From a virus (Duplodnaviria > Caudoviricetes): 64,000 nt of DNA. The notes beneath the pieces are model-generated. The model worked only from the letters and a program-made list of their open reading frames with translations, did not search any database and was not told where the DNA came from. Numbering within the stretch: position 1 is the stretch's first letter; each line of letters opens with the position of its first letter. Shown here piece after piece: positions 41,617 to 50,054 of this stretch. Position numbers and translations under genes: made by a program. Location: IMG/VR virus record IMGVR_UViG_3300028591_000096. One strand, given 5' to 3'.

Positions 41617-42021
41617 ATGGCAAGAGTTAAGAAAATCACAACAGATCAATTCATCAGAGATGTAATTGATTTTGAGCTTAAACCTTATGGTATTAATTTT
41701 GAATATATTCTTAATTTACCAAAGGAACCTAAAAATAAAGACGAGATAGATCCTAATATAGAATATCAGGATAATTGGTTTTCAAGATACCAGTTTAAAA
41801 CTTTTGATGAATTTAACGCATTCAGAGAATATTTTTATGAGCATTGGAAAGATTATGCTCCGAAAAGAAATTGGAAAAAGTATATCCTATATAGGGAGTT
41901 TGAATGGTTTAACCTACAGTATGGATTAGCAACAGGTTATGATCTTGATGAACATTTATATAAAAAGAATGCAGATGATATGTATAAAAAAGTTTTTGGA
42001 TCAAAATCAAATACGAAATAA
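41617..42021 (+). CDS. Hypothetical protein
   Basis: 134-aa ORF in operon. Confidence 0.6.
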   Translation: MARVKKITTDQFIRDVIDFELKPYGINFEYILNLPKEPKNKDEIDPNIEYQDNWFSRYQFKTFDEFNAFREYFYEHWKDYAPKRNWKKYILYREFEWFNLQYGLATGYDLDEHLYKKNADDMYKKVFGSKSNTK

Positions 42022-42052
42022 ATAATCAGATAAAAGAAACAGCAAAGAATCA

Positions 42053-43204
42053 ATGGAAAACGTAAAGACAAGTGTACCTAATAAAATCGTTGGTGATAAT
42101 GGTTCGTCGTATGATAGTATACGTAAAATGGCGAAAGTATTACATGTTGACAGAAAAAGAATAAGACGTGATATAAACGATAATGGATATTTTGAACATA
42201 AAGGTATTGTTTATAGTTGCATAGGTGATAAACGTAATGATGATAACACAAAGGTTGTAGTTGTTGAGAAAAACCGTGATGGTGATAAAGAATATCAGGA
42301 ATTCCTTAAAGCTAAGGAGGTTAAATCTCAACCGTTCCAGATTTATAAATTCAAGCCTTTTTCAACAAAGAAAGGGAATAGATATGCTGTAGCATTGTTT
42401 AGCGATGCTCATATTGAGGAAACGGTAACACCAGAATCTGTTAACTTTCTGAATGAATATAATATTGAGATCGCTGAACAAAGAATAGAGACATATTTTC
42501 GTAATCTTGCTGCATGTCTTTCACAAGATGAGGTTAATGAGTTGATTTTTGCATCTCTTGGTGATACAATATCTGGTTATATTCATCAGGAACTTGAGCA
42601 GACAAATCAGCTTTCTCCTCTTGAAGCCACACTTAAAGCTCAATCTCTTATATATAGTGGATTGAAATATCTATGCGAAGATGCTGATCTTCCTAAACTT
42701 AAGAAGATTAGATTTATTGGTATCGTAGGAAATCACAGTAGAACATCTAAAAAGATTCAACACAGTAACGGATATAAAATGAGCTATGAGTGGATGATGT
42801 ATCAAAACATCAAGAAGCAGTGTGAACTCACAAACCTCCCTATAGAATTTTATATTCCAGAGAGTGAGTTAGCCATCGTTAACACTGTTGATGATAAGAC
42901 ATTTATTTTTGCTCATGGATTTCAGATTAAATCTGGAGGTACTGGAACAATATGTGGAATATATCCATCACTTAATAGACTTTGCTTAAAATATTCAAAG
43001 GTATTTCATCAAGATATGTTATTCATCGGACATTTTCACTCAAGTGTAAATACACCTAATGCAGTCGTAAATGGATCAATAATTTCATATAATTCATTTG
43101 CTCTGACCAACGGATTAGAATATGAACGTCCACAGCAGCAATACCTTGTTTATGATACGATTGTTGGAGGGCAGATCCTTGCAAGACAAATATATTGTAA
43201 CTAA
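42053..43204 (+). CDS. Calcineurin-like metallophosphoesterase with N-terminal HTH-like region
   Basis: SDAH, LGD, GNH, AHG, GHFH motifs. Confidence 0.8.
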   Translation: MENVKTSVPNKIVGDNGSSYDSIRKMAKVLHVDRKRIRRDINDNGYFEHKGIVYSCIGDKRNDDNTKVVVVEKNRDGDKEYQEFLKAKEVKSQPFQIYKFKPFSTKKGNRYAVALFSDAHIEETVTPESVNFLNEYNIEIAEQRIETYFRNLAACLSQDEVNELIFASLGDTISGYIHQELEQTNQLSPLEATLKAQSLIYSGLKYLCEDADLPKLKKIRFIGIVGNHSRTSKKIQHSNGYKMSYEWMMYQNIKKQCELTNLPIEFYIPESELAIVNTVDDKTFIFAHGFQIKSGGTGTICGIYPSLNRLCLKYSKVFHQDMLFIGHFHSSVNTPNAVVNGSIISYNSFALTNGLEYERPQQQYLVYDTIVGGQILARQIYCN

Positions 43205-43274
43205 GATTAGATTGTTTATGAGCAACTCAAAATAGAATAAGCTATTAAATCACGTTGTAAAACGTTATCTTCTT

Positions 43275-43302
43275 TTCCATTGCATATTTTGCAATGGATT
43301 TT
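43275..43302 (+). terminator. Intrinsic terminator
   Basis: TCCATTGCA-TATTT-TGCAATGGA followed by TTTTT. Confidence 0.7.
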
Positions 43303-43383
43303 TGTACCATATGTTATATAAATTACATTATATCGAATGTAGTTTTAATAATTGTTAAATAATGTTTTCTTATATAAGAAAAA

Positions 43384-43398
43384 GTTGTATATTTGCAA
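43384..43398 (+). promoter_or_regulatory. Class I promoter
   Basis: GTTGTATATTTGCAA upstream of dam. Confidence 0.8.
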
Positions 43399-43408
43399 TA
43401 AAGATCTA

Positions 43409-43445
43409 TTTAATTATTTATACGAAAATAACGTATAATAGTATA
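43409..43445 (+). promoter_or_regulatory. Class II bipartite promoter
   Basis: TTTAAT-N18-GTATAATAGTATA. Confidence 0.65.
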
Positions 43446-43476
43446 GATACAATTAAAATGAAGCAGAAAAGAAAAA

Positions 43477-44370
43477 ATGGCAAAGCCTTTTGTTAAGTGG
43501 GCTGGTGGTAAATCACAATTAATTAATATTATAGATGAGAAAATAGGAGATCTTAGACAGAAATCAAAAGAGTTTATATATGTAGAACCTTTTGTTGGTG
43601 GAGGATCTGTATTGTTTCATCTTCTTGAAACGTGTTCTAACATGAAGTATGCTGTCATAAATGATGCAAACAAACAACTCATGAATGTTTATAAAGTTAT
43701 AGCAGATGATAAAAAATATATAGAATTCAAAGATCATCTTTATAATATACAGATAGCATATAACAATGATTTAATGAAGAAAGAGAAATATATTCTCTAC
43801 AGATACCAATACAATCATTGGATAAAAGGTGAACTTACATTGTCTGATGCTTGGGGTGCTGCGGCTTTTATATTTCTTAATAAATGTGGATTCAATGGTT
43901 TATACAGAGTTAACCAGAAAGGTGAATTTAATGTTCCATGGGGGCAGAAAGAACACATTTATATTTTTAATGAGGATGAACTAGACAAGTGTCATATTGC
44001 TCTAGGATCAAAAGTTGCGTTTATGACTGGAGATTATAGAAGAACAGATGTAATACTTGATATAGCAAAAATGGAAAAATCAGATATAATATATTATTTC
44101 GATCCTCCATATAAACCAGTAAGTCAAACTGCATCGTTTACATCATATACAAAAGATTCTTTTAATGATCAAGAACAAGTGAATCTAAAGTTGTTTTGTG
44201 ATAAAATTGTAGAGAATGGCGGCAAATTTTTGCTAAGTAATTCTAAATGTGGAGATTATTTTGATAATCTTTATTCTGGATATACTATAGATACTATAAA
44301 CGCAAAAAGAATGATAAATTCTGTAGGCTCAAAAAGAGGAAATGTAGAAGAAGTACTAATTCATAATTAA
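43477..44370 (+). CDS. dam: DNA adenine methyltransferase (Dam family)
   Basis: KWAGGKSQL, EPFVGGGSV, FNGLYRVN, DPPY, LSNS motifs. Confidence 0.93.
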   Translation: MAKPFVKWAGGKSQLINIIDEKIGDLRQKSKEFIYVEPFVGGGSVLFHLLETCSNMKYAVINDANKQLMNVYKVIADDKKYIEFKDHLYNIQIAYNNDLMKKEKYILYRYQYNHWIKGELTLSDAWGAAAFIFLNKCGFNGLYRVNQKGEFNVPWGQKEHIYIFNEDELDKCHIALGSKVAFMTGDYRRTDVILDIAKMEKSDIIYYFDPPYKPVSQTASFTSYTKDSFNDQEQVNLKLFCDKIVENGGKFLLSNSKCGDYFDNLYSGYTIDTINAKRMINSVGSKRGNVEEVLIHN

Positions 44371-44376
44371 CATAAA

Positions 44377-44679
44377 ATGGACAAATTTAATATTAATAAT
44401 CATCAATCTGAATTATGTAATCGTCATTTTGATATTCAAAAACAAAATGGTTGGACGGATGCTTATACTGATGTTCCAGGTAAGCAGGCGTATGAGGATG
44501 GTCTTTACGCTGGTTTAATGAATGGTTATGCTGTAGCAGCATATGACATTAAGATGTACATTCAATGTCTTGTTGAAGAAAATCCAAAAATTGAAGCAAA
44601 AAAGATACTTGACCTTATAGTTTATTCTGATAATAAAAATAAAAAGAAAAAATATGATTTTGGTAGAACAAGAAGCTGA
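44377..44679 (+). CDS. Hypothetical protein
   Basis: 100-aa ORF in operon. Confidence 0.55.
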   Translation: MDKFNINNHQSELCNRHFDIQKQNGWTDAYTDVPGKQAYEDGLYAGLMNGYAVAAYDIKMYIQCLVEENPKIEAKKILDLIVYSDNKNKKKKYDFGRTRS

Positions 44680-45580
44680 ATATTTAAAGCAGGAACCTGG
44701 TGTAGAAGGTGTATATAAAATTATAGAAAAGGCTGCACGTACATGTTATAAGAGTGAAGCTAAATGCGATGGAACATTTGATGGAGCGAAGGCATTCGTT
44801 GAGCGAATGATAAAATCACATCACACAGCTATGTTGGAGAGTTGTGCTGTATATCTAAAATGTTACAGAGATTTTGAATATGAAAATAACATTGATCTGG
44901 TTGAGTTTCCATCTGATTTGGAATTCTATTCTACAAACAAGTATTCAAAATTTAATTTCGACAAAGATTATCATTATGTAACTACAAATCTTCGTGTGCT
45001 TGTTGAAAATAATAGACTTGATGATTTGAAATATTGGTCTGAGCCAACAGACATGCATGAGAAAAGATATACGTTCAGATTAGTTACAGATAGAGCTATA
45101 GCTAACGAGATTGTTAGACATCGTGCATTTTCATTTGCACAGGAGAGCACACGTTTTGTTGATTATTCTAACGAGAAATATGGTACAGACATTGCTTATA
45201 TAATGCCAGATTGGTTCCCTAGTGCAACACTACAACAACAGGAGGTGTTTATGCAGCTGATGAAAGACACAGAGGATGTATATGTCACATTACGTGGAAA
45301 ATGGGACGAAAGAAAACCAGATAAACGTTTCAAGACTGGTTTTAAGGATAATCCTCTTACACCACAGCAAGCAAGAGCGGTATTTCCTTTATGCCTAAAA
45401 ACAGAACTGTGTATTACAGGATATGTAACAGACTGGAGATTTTTCTTAGATTTGAGATTGTTTGGAAAAACAGGAAAACCACACACACAGATTGTTGAAC
45501 TTTCTGAGAAACTTGTTGAACAGATGAAGAAAGCAGGGATATATGAATCAGTTATTAATGCTAAAAGCAAATTTGATTAA
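44654..45580 (+). CDS. thyX: Flavin-dependent thymidylate synthase
   Basis: AARTCYKS, RHRAFSFAQESTR signature, QARAVFP, FFLDLR. Confidence 0.92.
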   Translation: MILVEQEAEYLKQEPGVEGVYKIIEKAARTCYKSEAKCDGTFDGAKAFVERMIKSHHTAMLESCAVYLKCYRDFEYENNIDLVEFPSDLEFYSTNKYSKFNFDKDYHYVTTNLRVLVENNRLDDLKYWSEPTDMHEKRYTFRLVTDRAIANEIVRHRAFSFAQESTRFVDYSNEKYGTDIAYIMPDWFPSATLQQQEVFMQLMKDTEDVYVTLRGKWDERKPDKRFKTGFKDNPLTPQQARAVFPLCLKTELCITGYVTDWRFFLDLRLFGKTGKPHTQIVELSEKLVEQMKKAGIYESVINAKSKFD

Positions 45581-45622
45581 GTCTTGGTTTTAAGCCAAAA
45601 CTTTTTCAGTTTTAATATAAAC

Positions 45623-45637
45623 GTTGTATCTTTGCAA
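45623..45637 (+). promoter_or_regulatory. Class I promoter
   Basis: GTTGTATCTTTGCAA upstream of the PolB subunit. Confidence 0.75.
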
Positions 45638-45661
45638 AAGAAGTATAATTAAAAAATAATA

Positions 45662-46954
45662 ATGGAAGAACAGAATTTTAACCCAGAAACATGTACTATT
45701 GATGAGCTTAAAGCTGTAATAGAAAAATATAAAGATGAAGAAGAGTATTATAACACTATGCAGTTGTCAGCAAAAACGTTCATTAACAGCGTATATGGAT
45801 ATTTTGGTACATCGTTTGGACAGCTCGCAAATTCGGATATTGCTGAATCTATTACACTTCAAGGTCAAGATTTGATCAAATTTTCTGTTATAGAGATTAA
45901 CAAATATATAAATGAGTTTTGGAACCAGGATTATGAAGGTCATAAACGTATAGCTGATAGACTTAGAAATATATTTGGTGATGCGTTCAAATATGATGAA
46001 TTTTTAGAGTTATCTAAACGTAACTCGCTGAAAATCAACACGTTACAAGTATATGGAGATACGGATTCTGCATATATCACATTACAACCAATTATCGATA
46101 CGTGTTGCATACCAGCAGATCAGCAGTTAGAATTTGATCTTGCTTTTTATGAGGAGATTCTCGAAGGTTATATGGATGAAAAGTTCGATGAATATGCTAA
46201 GAGAAATCATTGTAAGCATAATTATGAAAAGTTTGAGCTGGAAAAAATCTCAAGAACTATCATCATGCTTGCAAAGAAAAACTATATGTGTGATGTTGAA
46301 TGGATTGATACTGGAACAAGATTTGATCCTCTTGAACATATAACGTATACTGGATTTGATGTTGTAAAGGGTACAACAACAGATTACTGTCGTGAGGAAA
46401 TGAAAACGTTTGTAAACTACGTTATGGGTATTCTTAACTCAGGAAGAAAACCAACGCTAAGTGAAATTGTTTCAAAGTTGAAAGAAATAAAGAAACGTTT
46501 TATTATGCAGAATCCAAATGATATATCAATAACTAAAGGTATATCAAATTATGAGAATTTTGTAAAAAACGACAAGACACCAGATATTGAATATTATCAA
46601 TTTAAGACAAAAGTTGATGAAAACGGAAATGAATATCTTACAAAGGATAAACTTCCAATTCCAATCCATGTAAGGGCTGCTGCTGTTTATAACAATATGT
46701 TGTTCAATAAAGGTAAGAAATATAAGAGTAAGTATTCTCTTTTGAAATCTGGTGAAAAGGTTAGATTCTATTATACTGGTGAAGATACTGTTTTTGGGTT
46801 TGTTCCAGATTCTTTTCCAATTGAATTTGCACCAGCTATAGATATTGATATACAGTTTGAGAAAATGTTGCTTAGCCCATTAAATCGTATTATTTCTGCT
46901 ATGGGATATTTTGAAATTCCACCAACATTAACATATACTAAAAGTTTATTCTAA
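45662..46954 (+). CDS. Family B DNA polymerase, C-terminal subunit only (gp43B-like)
   Basis: Begins just before motif B (QLSAKTFINSVYGYFG); YGDTDS motif C; KKNY; lacks exonuclease domain and motif A; own promoter at 45623. Confidence 0.88.
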   Translation: MEEQNFNPETCTIDELKAVIEKYKDEEEYYNTMQLSAKTFINSVYGYFGTSFGQLANSDIAESITLQGQDLIKFSVIEINKYINEFWNQDYEGHKRIADRLRNIFGDAFKYDEFLELSKRNSLKINTLQVYGDTDSAYITLQPIIDTCCIPADQQLEFDLAFYEEILEGYMDEKFDEYAKRNHCKHNYEKFELEKISRTIIMLAKKNYMCDVEWIDTGTRFDPLEHITYTGFDVVKGTTTDYCREEMKTFVNYVMGILNSGRKPTLSEIVSKLKEIKKRFIMQNPNDISITKGISNYENFVKNDKTPDIEYYQFKTKVDENGNEYLTKDKLPIPIHVRAAAVYNNMLFNKGKKYKSKYSLLKSGEKVRFYYTGEDTVFGFVPDSFPIEFAPAIDIDIQFEKMLLSPLNRIISAMGYFEIPPTLTYTKSLF

Positions 46955-46958
46955 ACAC

Positions 46959-47141
46959 ATGAAAACGATTTCAAAATTAGTAGATGATAAATTTCCAGTA
47001 AATGATGAATCCACAATGATAGATAGAATAGTTTATAAAGCTGGAGCAGAAGACGCTTTGCATGAGTTTAAATTATATTGTGAAGAAAAAGGATTCTGGA
47101 ATGGTAAATTAGATGAGTTTTTAATAGAAATGTATAACTAA
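46959..47141 (+). CDS. Small hypothetical protein
   Basis: 60-aa ORF in operon. Confidence 0.55.
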   Translation: MKTISKLVDDKFPVNDESTMIDRIVYKAGAEDALHEFKLYCEEKGFWNGKLDEFLIEMYN

Positions 47142-47144
47142 ATA

Positions 47145-47621
47145 ATGATAAAATTATACACATCATATTATGCTAATATTAAGAATATTCCTACCAATTA
47201 TTTAATGGTAGGAATTTCTCAGTTTTGCCCAGAGTGGTTAAAATATGATGCACCAGATAATTTTCTTTTTGTTGCTTGTAATTTTCTTGCACCAACAAAA
47301 GAATTACTCAACGATATTAAATCTGGAAATATAGATCCATCAGAGTATAGAAAAAGATATAACGAACAATTTGATGAATTTTTTAAAAACTGTTCATATC
47401 AATACAAGACTGTAGATCAATGGTATCAAAAAGTTGATGAAGAGTTTTCTGATAAATATCAGGCAATCGTTTTTCTATGTTATGAAAAGCCGTCTGATTT
47501 TTGTCACAGACACATCTTGAGAGATATTCTTAATTATAAACATCATATAAGGATCGAGGAATTTACTTGCCAAGAAGAAACAAAAGAAAATAAAGAGCCA
47601 AAATCAAAAGCATTGTTCTAA
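47145..47621 (+). CDS. DUF488-like protein
   Basis: LYTSYYA...LAPT...LCYEKPSDFCHRHIL. Confidence 0.75.
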   Translation: MIKLYTSYYANIKNIPTNYLMVGISQFCPEWLKYDAPDNFLFVACNFLAPTKELLNDIKSGNIDPSEYRKRYNEQFDEFFKNCSYQYKTVDQWYQKVDEEFSDKYQAIVFLCYEKPSDFCHRHILRDILNYKHHIRIEEFTCQEETKENKEPKSKALF

Positions 47622-48487
47622 TGACAAATGATATAAAATATATTGTAGTTCCAGATGTACACGGTAGAGATTTTTATGAAAATGATGTTAATCTTTTTCT
47701 TGAAAACTATGAAGATACCAAGATAATATTTCTTGGTGATTATATCGATCCTTACCCTATAGAAAAAATAACACCAGAATCAGCATTAAAAAGATTTAAG
47801 AACATAATAAAGCTAAAGAAAAAATATCCAGAAAGAATAACTCTTATTATAGGTAATCATGATTTCCATTATATCGATGGATCTAGAAGAGGTTGCAGAA
47901 TGGATTATTACAATAAAGATGAAATCTGTAGTCTGTTTATCAATAATCTTGATTTGTTTGATTATATCAAGTGTGAAAGAATAGGAAATAAGAATTTTAT
48001 ATTCAGTCATGCTGGATTTTGTTTTCGGTGGTTCTCTTATCATTCTGACATTTTTGGGGTATGCGATCCAGATAATCATGATGAAGATGTTGAAAGAAAA
48101 GCATTTACATATAATACAATAAAGAGCACCGATATTAAAGCGTTATCGCATGATAGAAGTATATTAAATATTATAGGAGAGGTTGGAACATCACGAGGTG
48201 GTTGGTGTGATCATCCAAGTTTTATATGGGCTGATGTTACTGATATATTAATGAGCAATGATGTAAATGTTGCAAATTGTATTCAGGTGTTTGGTCACAC
48301 GATGCAAAATGTTGGCAGACCTTTGAGGTTTGATAATTGTTTCTGTTTGGATTGCCAGAAAGTTTTCTATATTAATGATAAAGGTACTGTATTAACAGAT
48401 CAATATAAGGTAATAAGACGAAACGGAGAAGAATACAAAAAAGCATATCTTGAATACTTGAAACGCTATTCTATATTTTTTCTTTGA
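47621..48487 (+). CDS. Metallophosphoesterase
   Basis: PDVHG, LGDYID, GNHD, SHAG, QVFGHT. Confidence 0.85.
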   Translation: MTNDIKYIVVPDVHGRDFYENDVNLFLENYEDTKIIFLGDYIDPYPIEKITPESALKRFKNIIKLKKKYPERITLIIGNHDFHYIDGSRRGCRMDYYNKDEICSLFINNLDLFDYIKCERIGNKNFIFSHAGFCFRWFSYHSDIFGVCDPDNHDEDVERKAFTYNTIKSTDIKALSHDRSILNIIGEVGTSRGGWCDHPSFIWADVTDILMSNDVNVANCIQVFGHTMQNVGRPLRFDNCFCLDCQKVFYINDKGTVLTDQYKVIRRNGEEYKKAYLEYLKRYSIFFL

Positions 48488-48639
48488 TAAATAGATAAAC
48501 AAGTAGTTTTTTACTATGCAAAGTATTGCATATAATTCGATAAATATCATAAATAGTTAAATAATGAAATGCAATCTCAGATGATCAAATAAAGATCTTA
48601 CGAGATAGAGGTGACATTGTATCACAAAATGTGTAAATA

Positions 48640-48839
48640 ACAGTTAAATAAATGTTTAAAACAAAACTTAACGTTTTTAGTGAAAACAAATAGGGTACAG
48701 TACACCCGAATTCATGCTTGTGGACTACCCAACTATGGATGACAGACTCAGTAATGAGGCACTAAAAAGTAGTGGTAGGTTGAAGCAAGAAGTTAATAAT
48801 GAACAAAACAGGTTTGTTCTGATTTTAACATACTGTTAA
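48640..48839 (+). mobile_element. Non-autonomous IS200/IS605- or IS607-type remnant: TnpB C-terminal tail / omega-RNA scaffold without nuclease gene
   Basis: 48690-48839 translates to IGYSTPEFMLVDYPTMDDRLSNEALKSSGRLKQE..., which I recognise as a TnpB C-terminal tail; several nested hairpins; boundaries approximate. Confidence 0.62.
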
Positions 48840-49011
48840 CTATTAGCCCTTAAATGAAATTATATAATTTATATTATGTATAAAAATATATGCTTTCAAT
48901 ACATTAAATCAAAAAAAAGATGTGGAGCATGTCCTCCAAAGAAAAATAAAAAATAGGCTTGTTTCATTAAAGATAAATAATGAAAATAGTAAATTCATTT
49001 TCTAAAATAAG

Positions 49012-49887
49012 ATGAAAAGATATAATTATAAAACAAAGAAAATCTATGAGTCTGTTTCTGTGTTCAGTTTATCACTGGATGAGTTCGACGCTAATGGTAA
49101 GTTGATAGATTCTAAAGACTTTGAAGATACATATAGCACTCTTGAAGATGCTATTGAAGACGCATATGATATTATGACCAATGTAGCAAAGAATGATAAT
49201 ATAGATGAAGATGATGTAGCATATGATGAAAACGGTAATACTGTTACGTTTACCGTTGATGGAGTTGGTAAGTGGGTGTTTACTGTAGAAAGTTCACAGA
49301 ATGAATGTGATAATGGTGTTTCTGAATGTGATGAAAATAAGTCTGAGAATAATTATTCTAGTGAAGTTAAAGATGGTAGCATCGAAGATAATGCAAACGA
49401 ATCTGTAGCGGAAAGATTTGCAAGACTTCGTAAGATGTTTGAATCTGATGATTCTGATGATTCTGATGATGAAACAGAAAATAATAACGAAGAATCCGAT
49501 GATACTTCAGACGAAAACAGCGAAGAAGATAAAGACGAAGAAATGAAAGCCGTAATCATCACAGTTAAGAAAGGTGATGAAGATAAATGTAAAGACGAAC
49601 TCATTGATGCTGGAATATCAGAAGATGATATAGAAATTCTTGAAGCCGACGAAGATGCGGATAATATTGATATTAGAATCGATGTAAATTCTGTAATGGA
49701 ACTTAAAGATTACCTGTCTAAGAAAGGTATTGATCTTGAAGAAGAGATTGGCGGTGAAATTGTAAGTGATGAAGATTCAGAAGATAGCGATGAAGAAAAC
49801 GACGATGAAAATAAAGAAGGAGATGACGAAGATGAATTTGACTTCGATAATCTCGGTGATATTTTCGGTGCCGAAGATGAAGAATAA
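49012..49887 (+). CDS. Highly acidic late protein (prohead core/scaffold-like candidate)
   Basis: Very D/E-rich; late motif at 48972; upstream of sheath. Confidence 0.5.
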   Translation: MKRYNYKTKKIYESVSVFSLSLDEFDANGKLIDSKDFEDTYSTLEDAIEDAYDIMTNVAKNDNIDEDDVAYDENGNTVTFTVDGVGKWVFTVESSQNECDNGVSECDENKSENNYSSEVKDGSIEDNANESVAERFARLRKMFESDDSDDSDDETENNNEESDDTSDENSEEDKDEEMKAVIITVKKGDEDKCKDELIDAGISEDDIEILEADEDADNIDIRIDVNSVMELKDYLSKKGIDLEEEIGGEIVSDEDSEDSDEENDDENKEGDDEDEFDFDNLGDIFGAEDEE

Positions 49888-49914
49888 TAAAAATAAAGAC
49901 TATTTAATAAATGT

Positions 49915-49943
49915 AGGCGATTCTATCAAGGATCGCCTTTTTT
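49915..49943 (+). terminator. Intrinsic terminator
   Basis: AGGCGATTC...GATCGCCT followed by a T run. Confidence 0.75.
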
Positions 49944-50001
49944 ATTGATCTTAAATAAATATATCTTTGCCTTTTTATAAAAAATATGGCAAACTGTCAA
50001 A

Positions 50002-50009
50002 GATAAATA
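50002..50009 (+). promoter_or_regulatory. Class III late promoter GATAAATA
   Basis: Upstream of tail sheath. Confidence 0.8.
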
Positions 50010-50054
50010 AAGAAAAGAATTTCAAATTAAAGTAAAATATAAAACTAGAAAGTT

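Noticed and set aside
43218-43360. Possible small ORF after the phosphoesterase
   Set aside because: Interrupted by a stop after five codons and overlaps a terminator hairpin.
48690-48839. tRNA or a functional small protein gene in the structured island
   Set aside because: No cloverleaf or T-loop consensus. The frame has an upstream stop and matches only a TnpB tail, so it is better explained as an RNA scaffold remnant.
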